A DNA stretch of 63,935 bases, the filler included, from Pelomyxa schiedti (lineage: Eukaryota; Protista; Evosea): NCBI GenBank assembly GCA_020536535.1. It is 7 parts of 7 records of this genome, joined end to end, with 100 filler letters (N's around TTAATTAATTAA, not from the genome) between each part and the next. Parts side by side here need not be neighbours in the genome. Positions count along the whole stretch, not along the records: positions 58,404 to 62,803 come from JAHLWZ010001598.1; positions 62,904 to 63,935 come from JAHLWZ010002968.1; 5 more parts are not named here. One strand, 5' to 3'. The notes beneath the pieces were generated by a model that saw only the letters and a list, made by a program, of their open reading frames with translations, did no database searches and was not told the origin of the DNA. Positions 60,701-63,935 of the stretch are shown piece after piece; position 1 is the first letter of the stretch; each line of letters opens with the position of its first letter. The translations under genes and the position numbers were made by a program.

Positions 60701-62345
60701 ATGGGTGCTGCGCAAGGGGGCGGTGGTTCGGCAGATCCAGGGGAGGGAGATGAATCACGGAACAGGTTGTACAACGAGGACGACGACGGCAAGTACGCGC
60801 GGTTGCGTGGCCGCGCCCGCAGCGACCCAGATCTCCCCGAGGGTCTCGCCGTGACCATTCGCGACGCGCACGCCGACGGCGGCGGCGGAGGTGGTGACGG
60901 CGTTGCGACTAACGCCGCAGCGGCGACGTACGACGTTGCGGCCGCCGCTGTGGCAATCACCGCTGCCGCCGCAGCGAACCACGCCGAAACCGGCGACAAC
61001 AACGAACCAACAGCAGCTAATTTTGCCACGAATGGCATCACGTTGACGACGACTCGCCTCGCCGCTGAGGGAGGGGGAGGTGGCGGCGGCGGAAAGTTGC
61101 CTCCGGATTTCCAGCAGCAGCAACAGAATTACTTACAACACAAAATGGCAGCCCCGCCACGGGCAACGCCGCCAAAGGCCACATCGCTGGTGAACGCCAA
61201 ACCTTTCCAGATGCAAGCAATGTTCCCGATGATGCAACCTACGGTCGTTGCTGTGACCGGTGATCCGGCAAAACTAATAAAGGTACGGTCCGCTCTCTCT
61301 CTCTTTCTTTGGGGTGTTGGGGCTATGTTTTTTGTTCAATATCAGTTCAGGACGGGGACATGCTCCAAGACATCGGAAGATACGATCAGTCCCTGTTTAA
61401 GTACGACTCAGCGCTGGCCATACTCCTGAATCCATCCACAGCATTGACTCCAATGAACAACTTTAACATATTTGTGTGTCTGGTGCACAAAGCCGATTCA
61501 TTGCACATGCTGGGATACAACCTGGAGGCCATTTCATACTATGACCAGGTTTGTATCCTTTTATACACAATTTTCCTCCCCTTATTCTATACACCCAAGG
61601 CACTCTTGAGGAAACCGGGAGACGCTTCCACCATGTCACATCGCGGCGACGCAGTTTGGTCTTTGGGTGGTGTTGCTGAAGCATTGGAGTGCTATGACCA
61701 GTCACTCGCAGTGAGACCGAACCACGCGCAAACACTCAACAACAGAGGGGCAGTGTTATGCCTGCTGGGCCGAAACGAAGAAGCCATTCAGAGTTTCAAT
61801 GGTTCCCTTTCGTTGAGGCCAAACTTTCCTCAGGTGTGGATAAATTTAAAACCTTTCCCAACTCTGACAACAATCAGACTCTGAACAACCTCGGGAAAGC
61901 ATTGTGCAGCCTGGGTAAGTATACTGAGGCCATTGAGCAGTTTGAGAAATCAGTGGCGGCCAAACCCGATTATGGAACATCATACTATAACAAAGGGTAT
62001 GCCCTTCACGCACAGGGCAAGCTCAACGAGGCACTTGAAATGTACAACAAGGCACTTTCACTGAAGGCAAAGGATGCCCGATGTCTGAGCAGCAAAGGTC
62101 AGATACTCTACCAGCAAGGGAAGTATCAGGAGTCCCTCCAAGCCTTCACCGAGAGTGTGAAGATAAGACCCGATGCACAAACCATCAAGCATAAGGAAAA
62201 AGCGATGGCAAAAGTACAACAACAAGCGAATGGTGGTGGAACAGCCACGAAAAAACCGAAACCAAAATCAAAAGAAGCACTGACAACCACCAGTAAGATA
62301 CCACCATTGTCGCCCCCTCCAGGAGGAGGATCCAAAAAAACATAA
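60701..62345 (+). CDS. Tetratricopeptide repeat protein (3 introns)
   Basis: EALECYDQSLAVRPNHAQTLNNRGAVL, LNNLGKALCSLGKYTEAIEQFEK, YYNKGYALHAQGKLNEALEMY. Confidence 0.9.
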
Positions 62346-62568
62346 TAAAGAAACTTGTAAATGGCCCTTTCACTACAGGCAAAGGGTGCCCGATGTCTAA
62401 GCAGTCACGCCGAGAGTGTCAAGATAAGCAATTAGCACAACAACAACAAGCAAATGGCTACAGCAATGTAAGAGAAAAATAAAGGTCCTGCCTATTCAGG
62501 GCCCTAATGGTGTTGCCTTGTTCGTCTTCGGCGCAAGACCATTCTCATGCGAGGATTTACACAAGAAA

Positions 62569-62803
62569 ATGCAACGAATAGTAATCTGGCTGGCAGTGTT
62601 GCTGTGTTTCTGTGGCTCTTGTTGTGGTTCGGTTTTTTTTTGGTTATTCACGCAACTCACACTTGGTTGTGTTCATTGGTGGTTTTTTTTTTTTGTAGGG
62701 ACACTATGCTCAGTCTCAACCACAGTCACTCTTCCATACCATGTCTCAGGCTCCTTGACAACTTCGGACCCAAAAGTCACTCCATGCGCGAAGGGTGATA
62801 CTT
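62569..62803 (+). CDS. Secreted protein, N-terminal fragment
   Basis: Signal peptide MQRIVIWLAVLLCFCGSCCG, then intron and an exon cut by the linker. Confidence 0.5.
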
Positions 62804-62903
62804 NNNNNNNNNNNNNNNNNNNNNNNNNNNNNNNNNNNNNNNNNNNNTTAATTAATTAANNNNNNNNNNNNNNNNNNNNNNNNNNNNNNNNNNNNNNNNN
62901 NNN

Positions 62904-63935
62904 AACGGAACCGTTCCCATCAGGTCATGCAGCCTCCTGCACACTCGCCTCATCGACATCAGGTCCGATGCCCCCCTCGTCTTCCTCCTCGACACGAACT
63001 GTGGTGCGATGTCCGCCGCCAGACTTCTGATCCTTTCCTGTTCTTCCCACTCGTCCTCGAGGATCTTCTTGCCCGGCTGGGCCCCTTCCAGTCTCTTCAC
63101 CATCGACGGTGTGATTCCACTGGGCACCGCCACGTGGTGGTGCCATCGCGACGCAGCAGCAGGCTCGTCCTCCGACTCCGGCGGCGGTTCTTCGGATCCG
63201 ATGATGCCTTTGGGTGTAGGATGGGATGCGGGGGAGGGGAGCGTCTCGACTAGGGATGGTTGCGAGGCGACGGGATGACGGGGCGGCGGGGTGCAGGGCT
63301 GTTGCGACAGGGGGGTGGTGTCGGCCGCGACGTAGGATGCGATGGCTACGATGACGCTGTCGGGGAGATCAACGAGCCCAAGTTTCCCTGGCGCGACGTC
63401 ACCGCACTCGGTGCTATTGGGCACGACGTTCATGGAATCAGGGTGTAAAAAAATATTCAACAGACCGGAAATGAATCTCCAGATGCACACTGCAAACGTA
63501 GATGCTGCTCAAAAATCATACTCATTACACAACAGAATCCACTTGGAGCAGTTGAACCTGAGAAATTGTGACATGTAAATTTGAGGTCTGAGAATTTGAG
63601 ACAAAGACAAACAACACACTGGGAATCCAGAACTTTCAACAAAGGATGTGTCATGTGATGTTCGTTGCGCTGTGAGCAGGGTGAGTTGATGTGTATTTTA
63701 AGAAGAATGTGCACACAGCTCCCCAGCCACTCCAGCAAGAAAATTCGCGGTTCCTCTCACAGGCTTCGCACAGCTCATAGTCATCACACACCTTTTTTGT
63801 TTGTTTTTGTTGGATTTTTGTTGTTTGATCAAGGTGGGCACATGCCAAGCATATCCAGTTGATTCCAGTGCACTCTCCAAGGCATTTGGAACCTTTCCCA
63901 TCACATGAGACCCACCGCGGATTGTTTCCGCGTTG
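62904..63935 (-). CDS. ZZ-type zinc finger / F-box-like protein, partial
   Basis: WVSCDG..C..WICL|VCDDYELCEACE..HPAH (ZZ), then LVDLPDSVIVAIASYV..LMSMRRVCRRL (split F-box-like). Confidence 0.65.

Overview
Eukaryotic, intron-rich genomic DNA with many ~40-60 nt GT-AG introns. It is not a continuous locus. Seven contigs are joined by artificial 100-nt N/TTAATTAATTAA linkers (19313, 32639, 39110, 41961, 58304, 62804), and five plain 100-N gaps are mostly flanked by duplicated, probably allelic sequence. Gene families and intron style resemble an anaerobic amoebozoan such as Pelomyxa (my recollection, not verified). Contig 1 is a dense minus-strand cluster: UCH-L3-type deubiquitinase, a type I membrane protein (2 copies), GH78 alpha-L-rhamnosidase with an inserted SUEL lectin, a divergent Rab, a Rad5/HLTF-like SNF2 helicase, ETF alpha, and a Regnase/NYN-type nuclease with two tandem SH3/Tudor-like repeats. 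The other contigs hold lineage-expanded families (ankyrin-like, 'ARxQ..RCG' proteins, MORN-coiled-coil-RING), a DOCK GEF, a TPR protein, a ZZ/F-box protein and much transposon debris. The best mechanistic observation is a CRE-like (RLE-type) non-LTR retrotransposon whose YLDD reverse-transcriptase segment is inverted in the geometry expected from twin priming. There is also a ~1.9 kb foldback and LTR/DIRS-like repeats. No CRISPR, rRNA or tRNA genes were seen, and I found no clear new multi-gene system.
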